Positions 26,076 through 41,681 of a DNA stretch of 64,000 nucleotides are shown here, piece after piece. Positions within the stretch are counted from its first letter, which is position 1. Each line of letters opens with the position of its first letter. The notes under the pieces were generated by a model. It was not told where the DNA came from. It ran no database searches and saw only the letters and a program-made list of their open reading frames with translations. Origin of the DNA: Lobosporangium transversale (lineage: Eukaryota); the NCBI RefSeq assembly GCF_002105155.1, contig NW_019028999.1, positions 558,001 through 622,000 on the forward strand. Direction: 5' to 3'. Made by a program: the position numbers and the translations under genes.

Positions 26076-27160
26076 GATAGATGAATTGATTCGCTTAATA
26101 TAGGAGACAAATGAAAAAATATATATTTATATATATAAAAAAAAAAAAAAAAGATAAAGTATGAAGTATGAAGTATGAAGTAGGGTAGGGTATCACGCAA
26201 GAACCAAAAGACAAACAAAGAAGGTAATGTTGGGGTGATCAAAGCAACGAGACGACGATGATAAAAAGGTCGAGGAGAGTAGAAGTAAGGAATCCAAAGA
26301 GCTGCTGGACGACAACAACAAAGAGGAAGCAAGTTCAGGAGTCAGAAGAAAAAAAAAGGAGTACGGCGCAAATGCATGACAAATGTGTAGCGTGAGAATA
26401 GCGAGGATTAGATTAAAAAACAAGAGAGAAGAGGTCCATTCAAGGGATAAAGATACGAAGATACGAGAGAGTGGACGAATAGAAGGATTTAGTGTTAGTG
26501 ATAAAGGAGAAGGAAAAGGGGAAAGAGATTCATCCAAGCATGTAGAGAAAATCCGTCAAAAGATCATCGCGCAAGATAAAGGAGGACAGGAAAATAAAGG
26601 AGGAAAAGAAAGAGGAAGAGATAAAGGAAAGAGTTAGTAAATGAATACATGCTAAAGCCCGCCAAATCGAGGAACAGGAGTGGGAGTGCACCTCGACAAA
26701 TCGCATGAAATATTCTCCTTTTCAGAACATTGTGCACTTTTGTACTGTACTCTATTTATCCACATTCATAACCGATTGTTGCATTTCTAGGGATGTCTGT
26801 TGCACAAGGAAAAAGTTCGTGTTTTGGTGTTTCGTATTTGACTTTAAAAAAGAACGATTTGGAGGACTAGCCCATTTTTAGGATAGCTAAGATTGATGTC
26901 CCATCCAATCCTAGCATCCCTTGGAAATAGATACGTGGATTGGGACTACAAATGGATTGAAAACAAATGGATTTCTCGGTGACTAGGCTAGTTTGCATGC
27001 ATAGCAGTTCTCTGTCTGCGCACTGTTCACTCGGTGCAGGCAACAGGAACTTCGTTCTGGCTGCCCTATCACCTTTGATTTTTTTTTTAACCCCTTTGAT
27101 TTGTTTTTGAACTGAGAAGGCCTGGTGACTAGTACAAAAAAAGAGGTCTGACCACACTTG

Positions 27161-27194
<34 letters not shown>

Positions 27195-29071
27195 GTCCGT
27201 AGATTACTTAAAAATTGGAAATAATATGCATGCAATGTGATGATATTGATGTAACATCGTGGGAGCGTGGGGGTGAGGTTGTGGAGGACTACAGAAGGAG
27301 GAACAGACATGGCTTGGGGAGTTTTTTTTAATCGGTTAATCAGAAGGAAAAACACTTCCCCATTGCAAACATTGGAGTAAATCAATCTCGAATGTGGTTT
27401 CAAGGCAAAAATACTATAAGAGATTCAATAAACACTGATAGCAGGTTTGTTTCCGGAATTGTGAAATAAACTTACCCAGAGAGGAATAGTGGGCGTGAAG
27501 GGATCCTAACGGCTGTGTCGCGTTCTAAAGGCGATAAAGAATGGTCATCAAAAGGCGCTACTGATCAGGTGATAATAAACGTATAAATAAAGAGTTCGTG
27601 TCAATACATCGATATTAATCATATTAATGCTAATGGGAACCCAATAATTATGTGTCTATCGTCTAGGTTGGGTCGTGCACCTTCATACTTTCAACCCCAA
27701 TTAAATTGATTCATCTGCATAAGCAGGTAATGGATAGCTTTGCATGGCTACAAAGAGAACTGCAATGGTGACGGTATCAAACAAACAAACAAAAAAAAGA
27801 GCCTTTACATTTCAAACAGGGGGTATATACAAATGCTGTCATTAATCATCGAGTCGTGTTAACTCCAAAGCCCTCATCTACACCACAGTCTATTCTATCA
27901 TATCCGTGTCAGTCTGCTCAATTTTTTTTGAAGCATGGAATCATCATGTCGCCTTTCATGTTTGTAATTCAAACACATGAATCTATGCACGTGTGCATTG
28001 GATAAATGAATAATACATGCAACATGAATAAAGCTCACAAAGTCTCACAGTGCATCAGGAACAGAGAGAATGAGGGGCGTGCAGTAAACGTTAATTAAAT
28101 GCGATCAGCATGATGTCAACCAATTTTTTCCAAAATTGCACCCCAGGTAACTTTTTTCAGGTTACAGACAAGATAAAGATGCTGTATGGCTGCAGCCATC
28201 TCTCCCTCTTTTTCCCTAATTGTTTGAGGCAAAGCAGTCCTTTTTCTGGATGATGGGATCAGAATATACACATTTTATCTGTTCTCTCCTGTTGGCTGTA
28301 ACTCGCCGATTAAGTGATTGAACAGTAATGACGATTTTCTTTTTGTACAGAAGGATGGATAGGATGCTTATTGGAAGAAGAGCGGTATGGCAAAAGTAGT
28401 ATGTGTACTGTTCATTCTGCTAACATAAACACTGTTTTGTAGATGCTAGACAGATGGTGTCTTTCAACCAAAAAGAAAGGGTTCTTAATCTCAAACGAGT
28501 GGTCTCAATAGGCCCTTACGGATTAGCAATTGTAATGCATGGGAGATATCGATGAAATGACGGCAGTGATGTCAATGTGAATGAAAGATGATTGAAGGCA
28601 GCTGGAGGGAACTGAAACAAGAGCAGAAAGAAGGCGTAAAAAGATCGAAGGATAGAGAGAATGAAGGAGTACCTAATCGCCAATACGTTCTGGGGTGTCG
28701 TATTTGTAAGGAAAAGTAGTTACCAAAAGCAGGAAGGGTCAGGAACAAGAGTTATCAAGAAAGTTAAAAAAAAAAAAAGAAAAATAAAATAAAAAAGAGC
28801 CACGAGTAAAGTGGAGAAAGGCTCCGGGGGTGGTGGAAGTGGGCGATGAAGCACCCGCTGTGTGGTGCAGAGATTTTTTTTTAGGTTTTAAATATTACGC
28901 GAATGTGCGTTTATAGATTTGCATCGAAGGGATTGATTTTGGAAGTATGATGTTACGACTGATAGATTGGATGTATTTGTAAACATTTGAATGCGTGAAT
29001 GTCCCCACGCCCATGCTCATGAGCCATGTTACGGGAATAAAATAATGATATGATGTACTTGCTTATTCAGA

Positions 29072-29124
<53 letters not shown>

Positions 29125-32100
29125 GAAAGCTACTAGTTGTGGTGTGATTGCGTATGGAGAGCAAGCGCGTGGAAGAGAGTATCGGTTCAAAAGGCTGGAA
29201 GCAGCGCGCGACGAATAAGATTTGGTGTGAGAATAACCTGGGTTCTGTGTCTGAACAAGAAATTAACACAAAAAGACTATATGAAGGAATGTAAAATAAT
29301 AAAGAACCTCCGGTTGTTTGATTTGTCGATATTATCCTTATTTTTTCACTATGCTGATTGCACTCTTCTATGTGCTATTCTATGCCTTTTATTACCTGCT
29401 TAGCGGGCGGAAGGATAAAGTGAGAAGATAGGGAAAAGGAAAGAGAGAGATAAAAGTTAAGAGGCAGAGACTGAGAGGTTGAGTGACTGAAAGACTGAGA
29501 GAGGTGGATATGGTAAAAAAAATAAAATAAATAGAGGCATTCGTTTTATTTGAGCTATCCAGTGATAGTAAAGGAAGGATGGTGATAGAGGTATCCTACA
29601 GAAAGAGTGAAGAGGAATGGAGCGAAGCTGAGCAGAGTAGAGCAAGGGCAAGCTAGTAATCGAACGAAGAGAAGAAGAGAAGAAAGAAGAAAGAAGAAAA
29701 ATAAATAAACAAATAGAAGGCGGCGAAAGAACTCTTTATTCCTATAGACTATCCCTATAGTCAATGTAGTATCATCAATTCTCTTTTCATTAAAGTCTTT
29801 GACTGATTGCGATATGTGTTGACCTCAAATCACTGCTTTACCAAGCCTTGCAATCACACATAATTCATATGAAGGAGCAGCAATCAACATTGCGGGGAGT
29901 CTGGCCTTGATTATTGACTTTTTATTATTATTGCTCAGTTATGCGTACACTTCCTTATCTCTTGCCATGTCTGTTCAGAACCCAGACAATCACATCTGTC
30001 AAAACGCATTTCTTTTCGTTATTTGCCTATCAACAAGTATGGATCATTGTCTCTTAAAAAAAATAGAGTTTTTGTCATTGGTAAACGAAGGGCCATCTTG
30101 ATGACTTACGTGTGCAGCACGGTTGTTTACATGGATGCCTTGTGCTTCCATGTCCAACTAACCTTTTACCGAACCTAACCTTGGATAACTTTTCACAAAA
30201 AAAAGTGCTGGGGAGGAAAGGGTGTCAACAAATATCAATAATATTAGACTAAGGCCAAAAAAAAAAAAAGTATATCAAATACACGAAACAGAAAGTGTAG
30301 AAGAGTGAGAGCAAGAGCAAGATTAGATGATGCATGTGTATACGCTTTGTGCCTGTGCTAATGTGTCCTTTTTTAAAATAAGTTAGGTGAATAGATAGGC
30401 GGCGTGCATGAGGTTGGAAAAGAGGACCAACAATGAAAAAGGTGGCTGAATTAGAGAGAGACATATTTGTTCGGACCACGAATGAGCAAACCTTGAAGAC
30501 GATGGCGTCTCCGCACCTTTCGATTCGTCCAAAAATATGAACCTAGTAAATAGCGTGGGCAATCAAAGTCAATCCGTCTCTCGTCTGCTAACTTACCGAC
30601 ACACAAGCGCATAAATGAACATTTATACCTTATTCCGGAGCTCTTAGTTCTTCTCTGTTCATATTCATGATGATTGTCTCCAGGAATGTTAATGTACATG
30701 TAGAAAGATAGAGGAGCCATGAAGGACTTTTACTTTGCGAATAATATGTCGTCATTGCCGATATGTCTCACATTATATATATCTCACAATTGAATCGAAG
30801 CAGAGCAAATAATTAGTCAATCAATGGTTGGAGGATATGGTTGTCGATTCATTTTATCCAAATGAGCCTTCCTGAACACTCTTGGCCTTTCTCTGCATAT
30901 CCTCCGACTTGTTCTTACTGGCACAAGGGCAACTCCGAAGAAGCACTCTTATATCCTAAACCAGAGCACAGACCAGAGAGCGCAACAACTCAATCAATTA
31001 ACACAAGTTATTTCTGGAGGATTTGGTATCATTGATAAGGAGATACATGTACAAAAATACATATATATGCACGTAAACACGACAGTGGGTTCTCTTTTAA
31101 ATCGATAGAGACAATGATGTTCAAAAGCCAAAGTATCCAACCAGCATACTTAGTATACATCTATTTGCGTGCTACTATTGAAGGTAAATGCAACACAGCG
31201 AAAGAATGCCGAGATTGACCATTTGCCACAAAACTTTCAACGAGCTCTTGATCTGCTAACTATATACTATGCAATTCAGATTCATTCCTCCAAAACAGAC
31301 ATTCCGCATCAGTTACTACGTAATGAATATAATGAAATGATAAATCATCTTCACCTTCCTCTTGGCGTTTGTTTACTTGCGGTTGGAGAGCATGGGCACT
31401 GCTGAGAGCATTTGCCCAATTTAAAATATTGGAAAGATTTGTTTGGTTGCTGGTTCTTCCTTCGGACTCAAATGATGATCTTTCTATCTTTTGTTAATAT
31501 TAAAAAAAAGCACGATTTCTTCTATGATTTTTGATCAATGCAATGATATAAGCATTTTAGGCTACCAGAACGTCCTATATCCTCTCATGAAGCTACCCCG
31601 AACGGCAGCCTGTCAAAAAAAAAGAGAAAAAAAAAAAGTTTTATATCTTGGGTTTTGACTTTTACTTTTGTGAGTCTTGTTATGGGGTCTGTCCGCTTGG
31701 TCGTAAATAATATTAATAAAAAAATGCTGAAATGTTTAGTTCCATCGCCTTGACCCCTTCTTTGTGTACACATTGGATGTACAAACAAAGTCCTTCCTCT
31801 CCACAGATCCGACATTAAGAGATCGCACCACCTCGTTATCCCCATTCGTAATTAAAAGATATATATTCACTCTTTTCTTTCCTTGCCCCAACACTTCGTG
31901 ATGGTTAAGAGATATGTTACAGAAAGTCTTTTTTTCCAATTTTTCTAGAGTGACAGGTCACTTTTTTCACATACCTTAATCAATAATATATTTGTGTTTT
32001 TTTTTGTCAACGGTATTGCCCTTGTCAAAACTACATAAAATATTATGCGGCTTTACTTGGCTCAATTGTGATACATTATACCTTTCCCAACACTCCATCA

Positions 32101-33416
32101 AAGCCATGACTCGAACTGATCGCTGTTATTTTGAATGCTCCTTACTCTATGAACGACTAGAAGAATTCCAGATTGACTGTACAGAGAAAAAGAAAAAGAA
32201 AAAGAAAGTTCAGAAAAAAAGAAATGCCATTAACCATATACTTTTCTTTTTCTTATAATTTTGAGTCTGATAGCCCCAACCTATTGTTGATTGGCGGTCT
32301 TTTGGGATGTGATAGATATTGTTGGCTTCGCTCGGTCCGCCACCCATTCAAGGATATTTGGCTGATGATGAGGCTTGGTGGCGTCGAGTTCGAGGGATAT
32401 ACGAGTTTAATGGTTCGATTCCAGGCCAGCGGCGTACGCCTCAATCCTTGAAAAAGAGCCTAGATATTCCTAAAGGCGTACTGGCTGGGATCGGGTCCAA
32501 CCACTAGAGCTGTGTCAATTTAGTTAATCGCAACACAATAAGGACATGCAAACAGAACAGAAAGTAAAGACAGCATCATACCCAGCCTTGGCCAAAAAGA
32601 ACGTTAGTTGCTCAAGGATGGCCCCTTTACCGCGGTCAGCTGAGGCCAAGGAAACCTTATTGCTGGTCCAGATACCATTTGCTTGCTTGACTACATCGCT
32701 GTCAAAAACTTGCGTGGTAGAAAACAATCAACACCATGTTTGTTTAATGTGTTTTGTTAGAAGACTGTAAAAGATGTTGTCTCTGAGAACTATGCTTAGT
32801 ATTTTTATATTTGTGGGCAAGGAAATATTCTATGGGATAAAGAGATGAGGGGTATTGTAGTTGTTCGATCTGTGTTTTTATGTCTTTGCTGTCTTCATAA
32901 AAGTATGGATATAGTTCCCTTTAACACTGGTTTTACATGAAAGTGCCGCAGAACTTTTTCTTTTTTCTTTCACCATCTTCGGGAAATAATAACTTATAGT
33001 GGGCAACTATGCAACCTTTATAGTTGCTCAAAAACCTAGCATAAAAGGGAGACAACTCCGCCATCCATATGGCACCGTTGCATCGACGCGTCACCCAGAG
33101 TTGCGACTGTACACGTGATCTGGCCGAGATTAATTAAACATACTCAAATTTGGGGGTGTGGAGACTTCGCCTGCGTTCGCCATCTATGTAGCCTTGGTAA
33201 GCCTGAATCAATTAACGATCGCAGCAAATGTGCCGTATGAATGTTGACTTCAGTGCATGAGAAGGAAGCGTAGATTTTGTTGGACTGATGCCTTGCTCTA
33301 GCAGTTAAAAGTAATGCGAGATCATGTTCACTGTCTTAACAAAGTTTTTCTATTTTATTTTACTCTTACCTTAGAATCCATATTTAGGCATATTTGGCAC
33401 TGAAGATTGAGACACC

Positions 33417-34325
33417 ATGCATCAGGATAGCATAGCATTCAAGAAAAACAATGAGACGGCTAACAGTAAGGGAGATATCGCGGAAGTCGACAGTGCTTCA
33501 GAAAGCTTTGCTGCGGAGGAAATTGAGGATGAAAGTGAAGCTGAAGAGTACGAGGTTGAGAGGGTGGATGGACACCGTCGGGATTCCAGTGGTAAACTTT
33601 CATTTTTATTGAAATGGAAGGGGTACAGTGATAAGGACAGTACATGGGAGAAGAGTGAAAATCTTTCCTGTGAGGAGCTCATCGAGGCATATTGGGAGCG
33701 GTATGAAGCTAAAGGAGGGAACCGAGACGACCGCTATGGGAAAGCTCCGAAGACAAAGGGACGTCCTGCTCAGAAGCGCGGTGCTGGCACTAAGGCCAAT
33801 AGAGTCTCTACTTCACCGGCTGCTCAACAAACTCGTAATTTGAGGAGGCATTCGTCTTCATCGTTATCACGAACTTCATTAGTGCCAGAAGAAAATGGTT
33901 CTCAGGCGCAGGAGGTGGGAGAAAACTTATCTGGTATTGGGGGTGATGGAAGCTTGACTAACTCTGCGCCCAAAAAACGGAAAATAGAGGATGTCCAAGA
34001 GGGACTGCAAAGCAGAGGTGGTGGCAACATTGTCGACGAAAGTGATAAAGAAGCAAAGAAGATCCAATACCAAGGCGACGAATCGACTAGTGACAACCAA
34101 GAGGATAATGATAATGATTGGGAGCCGCCAACGACATGGACATCTTGGGAAGAACATGTGGACTATGTTCAGACGGTAGAGCAGTCTGAAAAAATGATGG
34201 TTGTGTACCTGATGTGGAAGAATGGCAAGAGTAGCGTGCACCCTGTCACTGACGCGCACAAAAAATGCCCACAAAAGCTAATTCACTTTTATGAACGTCA
34301 TCTACGCTTCTCTGCAGCAGGGTGA
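33417..34325 (+). CDS. HP1/Swi6-like chromodomain plus chromoshadow protein, 302 aa
   Basis: Chromodomain EYEVERV...FLLKWKGYSDKDSTWE with the aromatic cage Y/W/Y intact, a basic hinge, and chromoshadow domain WEEHVDYVQTVE...YLMWKNG...KCPQKLIHFYERHLRF. Confidence 0.92.
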   Translation: MHQDSIAFKKNNETANSKGDIAEVDSASESFAAEEIEDESEAEEYEVERVDGHRRDSSGKLSFLLKWKGYSDKDSTWEKSENLSCEELIEAYWERYEAKGGNRDDRYGKAPKTKGRPAQKRGAGTKANRVSTSPAAQQTRNLRRHSSSSLSRTSLVPEENGSQAQEVGENLSGIGGDGSLTNSAPKKRKIEDVQEGLQSRGGGNIVDESDKEAKKIQYQGDESTSDNQEDNDNDWEPPTTWTSWEEHVDYVQTVEQSEKMMVVYLMWKNGKSSVHPVTDAHKKCPQKLIHFYERHLRFSAAG

Positions 34326-35112
34326 GAGGCCATGGATCTTGACGATGTGATGTAGTGTGATATATACATGAATGTGATGCAACATGAGGGGGCGAGGCAG
34401 AGTCTAACCATCGAAGCAGTCGGAATTACTCTTAAAATTAATTCGGAGTCCAATAAAGTTAAAAACTTTCTCTTTCATTCCACCTTCATTCCAAGTTACA
34501 AACATTGTCTTGTGTCCTTCTTTTAATCTCTTCATTTTCTCATTACCCAATCTCAGTACAAACAGCAATCGCCTACCAAGTCGTACAGCCTACAGTTCTT
34601 CGTATATCCTGATCACTGTTTAGAGTAAGATCCAGACAGATTTTCTCCACGCCACCATTTTGCCACCCAACTCGTGAAAGTCATGTCATAAACAATTCGA
34701 TGAACATTGGAGCAAAAGTCATAGAACGCTTCTAGGAGCAAATGACACTTTCGGAATATGCTTATATTTTTACATTTGCCACAAATTGTAAGGATGGAAA
34801 TGAGAGAAGCTCATTGGTAGTAAGAGTAGTCCTAAAATGAATTACATTCCAAATTATTCAGGCTACTGGCCATCTCAGCAACGAACTGAAAGATCCATAT
34901 GTTGCTGATTCTAATCATTCTCAGCAGACACTTTTCTATATTTGAGAGCCCTACAGCATCTACAGCTACTGGTTTTCATGGATTCGATATACTCAAAAGC
35001 TAACAATGGTTTTTCTGACTAAAGGGTTTTTATATCCTCCGTGTCGTTGAGAATAACCTTCACATCCTTCCGCGATATTGAAATCGAAACGCCATAGATA
35101 GCCCACGATACA

Positions 35113-36061
35113 ATGCAACATCATCCTACACAACAAGAACAGCGCATCAATGGACCCCACCATCCCCAGCGTACACAGCACACGCCTCAATCGCAGATAT
35201 GGTCTCATCATGCTTCAATATCGCACAACCTTTTTCAACAGCATATCGATGAGGCATTCGACCGTGGTAGTAGCAACAGAGGTGGGATGCAGGGCTTTTG
35301 GGCAAGGAAACGAGGGACTCTTGACGAAGAGGACGATTTGATTGCGAAGGTATGGATAGTATCATCTGAAGGTTAGAACATTTATTACTTTTGTTTTTCG
35401 AGTGAGACGCCAATGAATGTTAAACGTTGCATATTTTTTTTTTGTGTCAACTTAGAAACGAAGCAAGGGATCTGGAGCTGATTCACCTGGTGTGTTTGGA
35501 TGGCCCAACTTACTTGAATCAGTAACCAGTAGTCCTGGATATGGGTCCCCAAATACGAACCAAGCATACTTGGAGCGGTACTCGACTCCTCAATATGACT
35601 CTGCAACGCCACCGTTCGAGCCTACCCTTTTTCAAGTTCAGGCCACATCCAATCCCGTCTCTCCCTCGCCGAACAGAGAAGTGGGACATGTGCATGATGT
35701 AGAACAAAGGCCTGCTCTATTAGGATCAATGCGACCAGTGCCTCCTGCACCGCCTTCTCCGAGCGAAAGCATTAGAGAGATCGGGGAGCAGAGCAGTATA
35801 TCCTCGGACCATAGTAGTGATTGTAGTAGTACCAACAGTAGCATGGATAGTAGGAGCTATAGCAATCGGTGGGGACCTATAGAGCATAAACCTCTAACGA
35901 GGACACGGTTAGGTTCTATTGAAGTGAAAGAGGGATATACACATGCTTCTGGGATAGAGAAGAGGGATTCAAGTGGACGAGGCGTGTTTGTGATGGGATT
36001 TCGGCCTGGATGCGAGCGATGTCAGCGACGGGAGAAGGGCCACTTTGCGCATTATGAATGA
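35113..36061 (+). CDS. Hypothetical ~280-aa disordered protein with C-terminal CxxC-x6-HxxH motif, 2 exons
   Basis: Exons 35113-35349 and 35456-36061 joined in frame by gtatgg...cttag. The splice creates RKRGTLDEEDDLIAK|KRSK. Protein ends VFVMGFRPGCERCQRREKGHFAHYE*. Confidence 0.75.
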
Positions 36062-36506
36062 TCGGCGCAGCACAACTTTGCCCACGTTTAATATAGGAAT
36101 AAAAACATTAAGCGTCGATTCATTTGACAACTTGAGGTCAAACAAGTTGGTCATGCGGCTTGGGACGCCCCTGAACTTGAAAAACGGCTTTTTCTGTGTG
36201 TTGCTAATGCAATTTATATGTCCTTTTTTTCCTCTCTCTCTTTTTGCATCTTTGCTCCATTGTGTTACGAACCATTGTTATTGTCACCTTCTCACTCTAT
36301 TCTTTCTCCTCCCATTCATTTCTCCTAAATAATCTACATTATTTTGAAAAAAAAAGTTGTCTGTTTATACGTGTTTTTCATTTCTTTCAAGTTCATTCCT
36401 CTTTCTCCACTTCTCTTCATCCGATTATTAAATTGATCAAGTGTCTCACTTTTTTTTATTTTTATTTTTATTTTTTTATTACCTCTCTCTTTTCTTCTTT
36501 CAGCTG

Positions 36507-36545
<39 letters not shown>

Positions 36546-36557
36546 ATTAATTCAGTC

Positions 36558-39426
<2,869 letters not shown>

Positions 39427-39457
39427 ATAGGAGATATAAAGCAAAATAAAACTCTTT

Positions 39458-39492
<35 letters not shown>

Positions 39493-39976
39493 ATCGACTT
39501 TGAGCAAGGGTATGAGAGAAGGTTAGCTGTGGAGCTAAGTATCAAAAGCAACAGAGTGCTTCATGGGATGGGTGGGTATATATAGGTGGCTTTGCAGAAC
39601 ATCTGTGGCTCAGTTTCAGTCTCAATTCATTTCATTTTGCCACTATTTAAAGTTTATAACTATTTTAAATGAAGTTCAGGCACACTCCATACTGGTCTGG
39701 TTGCTCATTCTGCCTCCATCATTCAGTTGTCTAAACCATCCATCCATCTTTTTTTTTTTGCTTGTCCTGTTCATCACTTTTCCCTCCTCTATCATATTTC
39801 CATTCACTCTCGGGTTCTCCTTGCTCTCAGCAACGCTTTAACGACATTTTACATCCTCTTTCATACTATTCTACCTTACTCACTGTTACCATCGCCTTTA
39901 CTCTTATCATCACTTTCATTCTTACTTTCATTGCCATTCTCAGTCCCTGCATATTTCCTTCAGCTAATCCACCACT

Positions 39977-41650
39977 ATGGCTGGCCTCAAGGTACTTATA
40001 CTTTGTTGCCTCTACGAATCCTACAGCTACCTAATAATTAGAAACCCGGCCATTGACAACCTTTTTTTTTATCTTCCTACTTTGATCATTTATTTTTGTC
40101 GTCTTTCTAGTATGAACTAGACCAATGGAACGAAGGAGTTATTGCATTTGATCAAGGCGAATATGAAGATGCCCTTGAGATCTTTGAGGTAACGAGCCAG
40201 TGAATGAAACTCAAAAAAATTAAAAGAGAATGTGTTATGTTTGTCACACCAAATGTGTTGTGCACGTTCATTGCCTTCGGATTTTTACGTTGTTGTTTCC
40301 ATTGTTTAACTGAAGTGGCATGTTGCATTATTCTTCTCTGTCTTTTATGCGATTGTGGTATGTTTAGCCTATTGCAGACTCCGCGAAGATCCACTTTAAC
40401 ATTGGTGTCGTCCTCACTACTTTGGGCGACTTTCAGGGAGCGGTAAGTAAAAATAATAATAATAACAATATATAATTAATAAAGACTTGAGGGTTGTATA
40501 TCTTCCCAACGATGTCATTTATAACCAGTCTACGCCAAAAAATACGAACATGTCTCACATTTACTATTTTTGAATGAAATGATAAATAGAGTGAGGCATA
40601 CGCTCAGGCTACCAAGTTGGATCAGTACCTTGCCATCGCCTACTTTCAGAACGGCGTCGCCAATGTTGCTCTTGAGAACTATTCCAAAGCCTTGAGTTGT
40701 TTCCACGATGCATATCAGGTAGCGTTTCCTCTATTTTTTTTTTTTGTCTTTTTGTCTTTTTGTTATTTTTATTTTTATCTTTACTTTCTTTGCTTGATTC
40801 TTTTGATCATCAATCTCAATATCTGATATGAGATGAGAAGCGACTTTATGAGCGTGGTCTTTATACATTCACAATACACCACACAGCTATATTGGATAAG
40901 AAAAGAGAGAATGATAATAATAACAACAATACCAAAATCAACAACATCAACAAAAAGAGAGAAACGTGTGTGAGCTCTAGAACGAGAGCCATGCTTTGCA
41001 GATAGTAGCAACTGCCTATTATTATTATTATTTTTTTTTTACTTTATTCCTTTCCTACATGAATAACTTTCTGTGAGTGTCCAATACAACAAGTCGAAAA
41101 ACTAATCAGGCTCTAATGTTACTCTCTATGCATGCATGTTTACCCTCACTTTGATCCTTTTTATTTTTTACATGTTCTGGTTTCTAATCTCAATGGTTTT
41201 TAGTATCTCCGAGGAAACATGGTAATCGATTATACACAACTGGGACTGGAATTCAAGTTATTTTCATGCCAGGTCCTCTATAATCGTGCACTTTGTTATG
41301 TCGAACTTGGAGAGATGGATCAAGCCATGAGTGATTTTTGGAAGGCATCAAGGGAAAAGCAGACCAAAGAACATGACGTTGTGGATCAGGCCCTTCGCGA
41401 CAAGGGTAAGGACTGTACAATCTTCACAGTGCCTCAGGGGGTTCTCTACCGTCCACCTGAATCAAAGGTGAAGAATTCTAAAAAGAAAGATTATCTTGGA
41501 AATTCCAAGGTGATTGCGGCGATCGAGACGTCCGATTCCTTTTCAGGATTTCAGGGCAAATCTGCCTGGCAGGTCCAGATGAGTGGCCCCACCAATGTGG
41601 CAGCAGTCGACGAGCCGCGTGCAATGACACCACCAAGTGGTACGTTCTAT

Positions 41651-41681
<31 letters not shown>

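Noticed and set aside
27905..27950. Minus-strand C-box (ATGATGA) and D-box (CTGA) pair suggesting a C/D snoRNA
   Set aside because: Boxes are only about 40 nt apart with no recognisable guide or convincing terminal stem.
32360..32435. tRNA-like B-box GGTTCGATTCC (possible tRNA, tRNA-Sec or SINE head)
   Set aside because: T-stem pairs for only 3 bp, the acceptor stem has mismatches, and no anticodon arm or TCA anticodon can be drawn.
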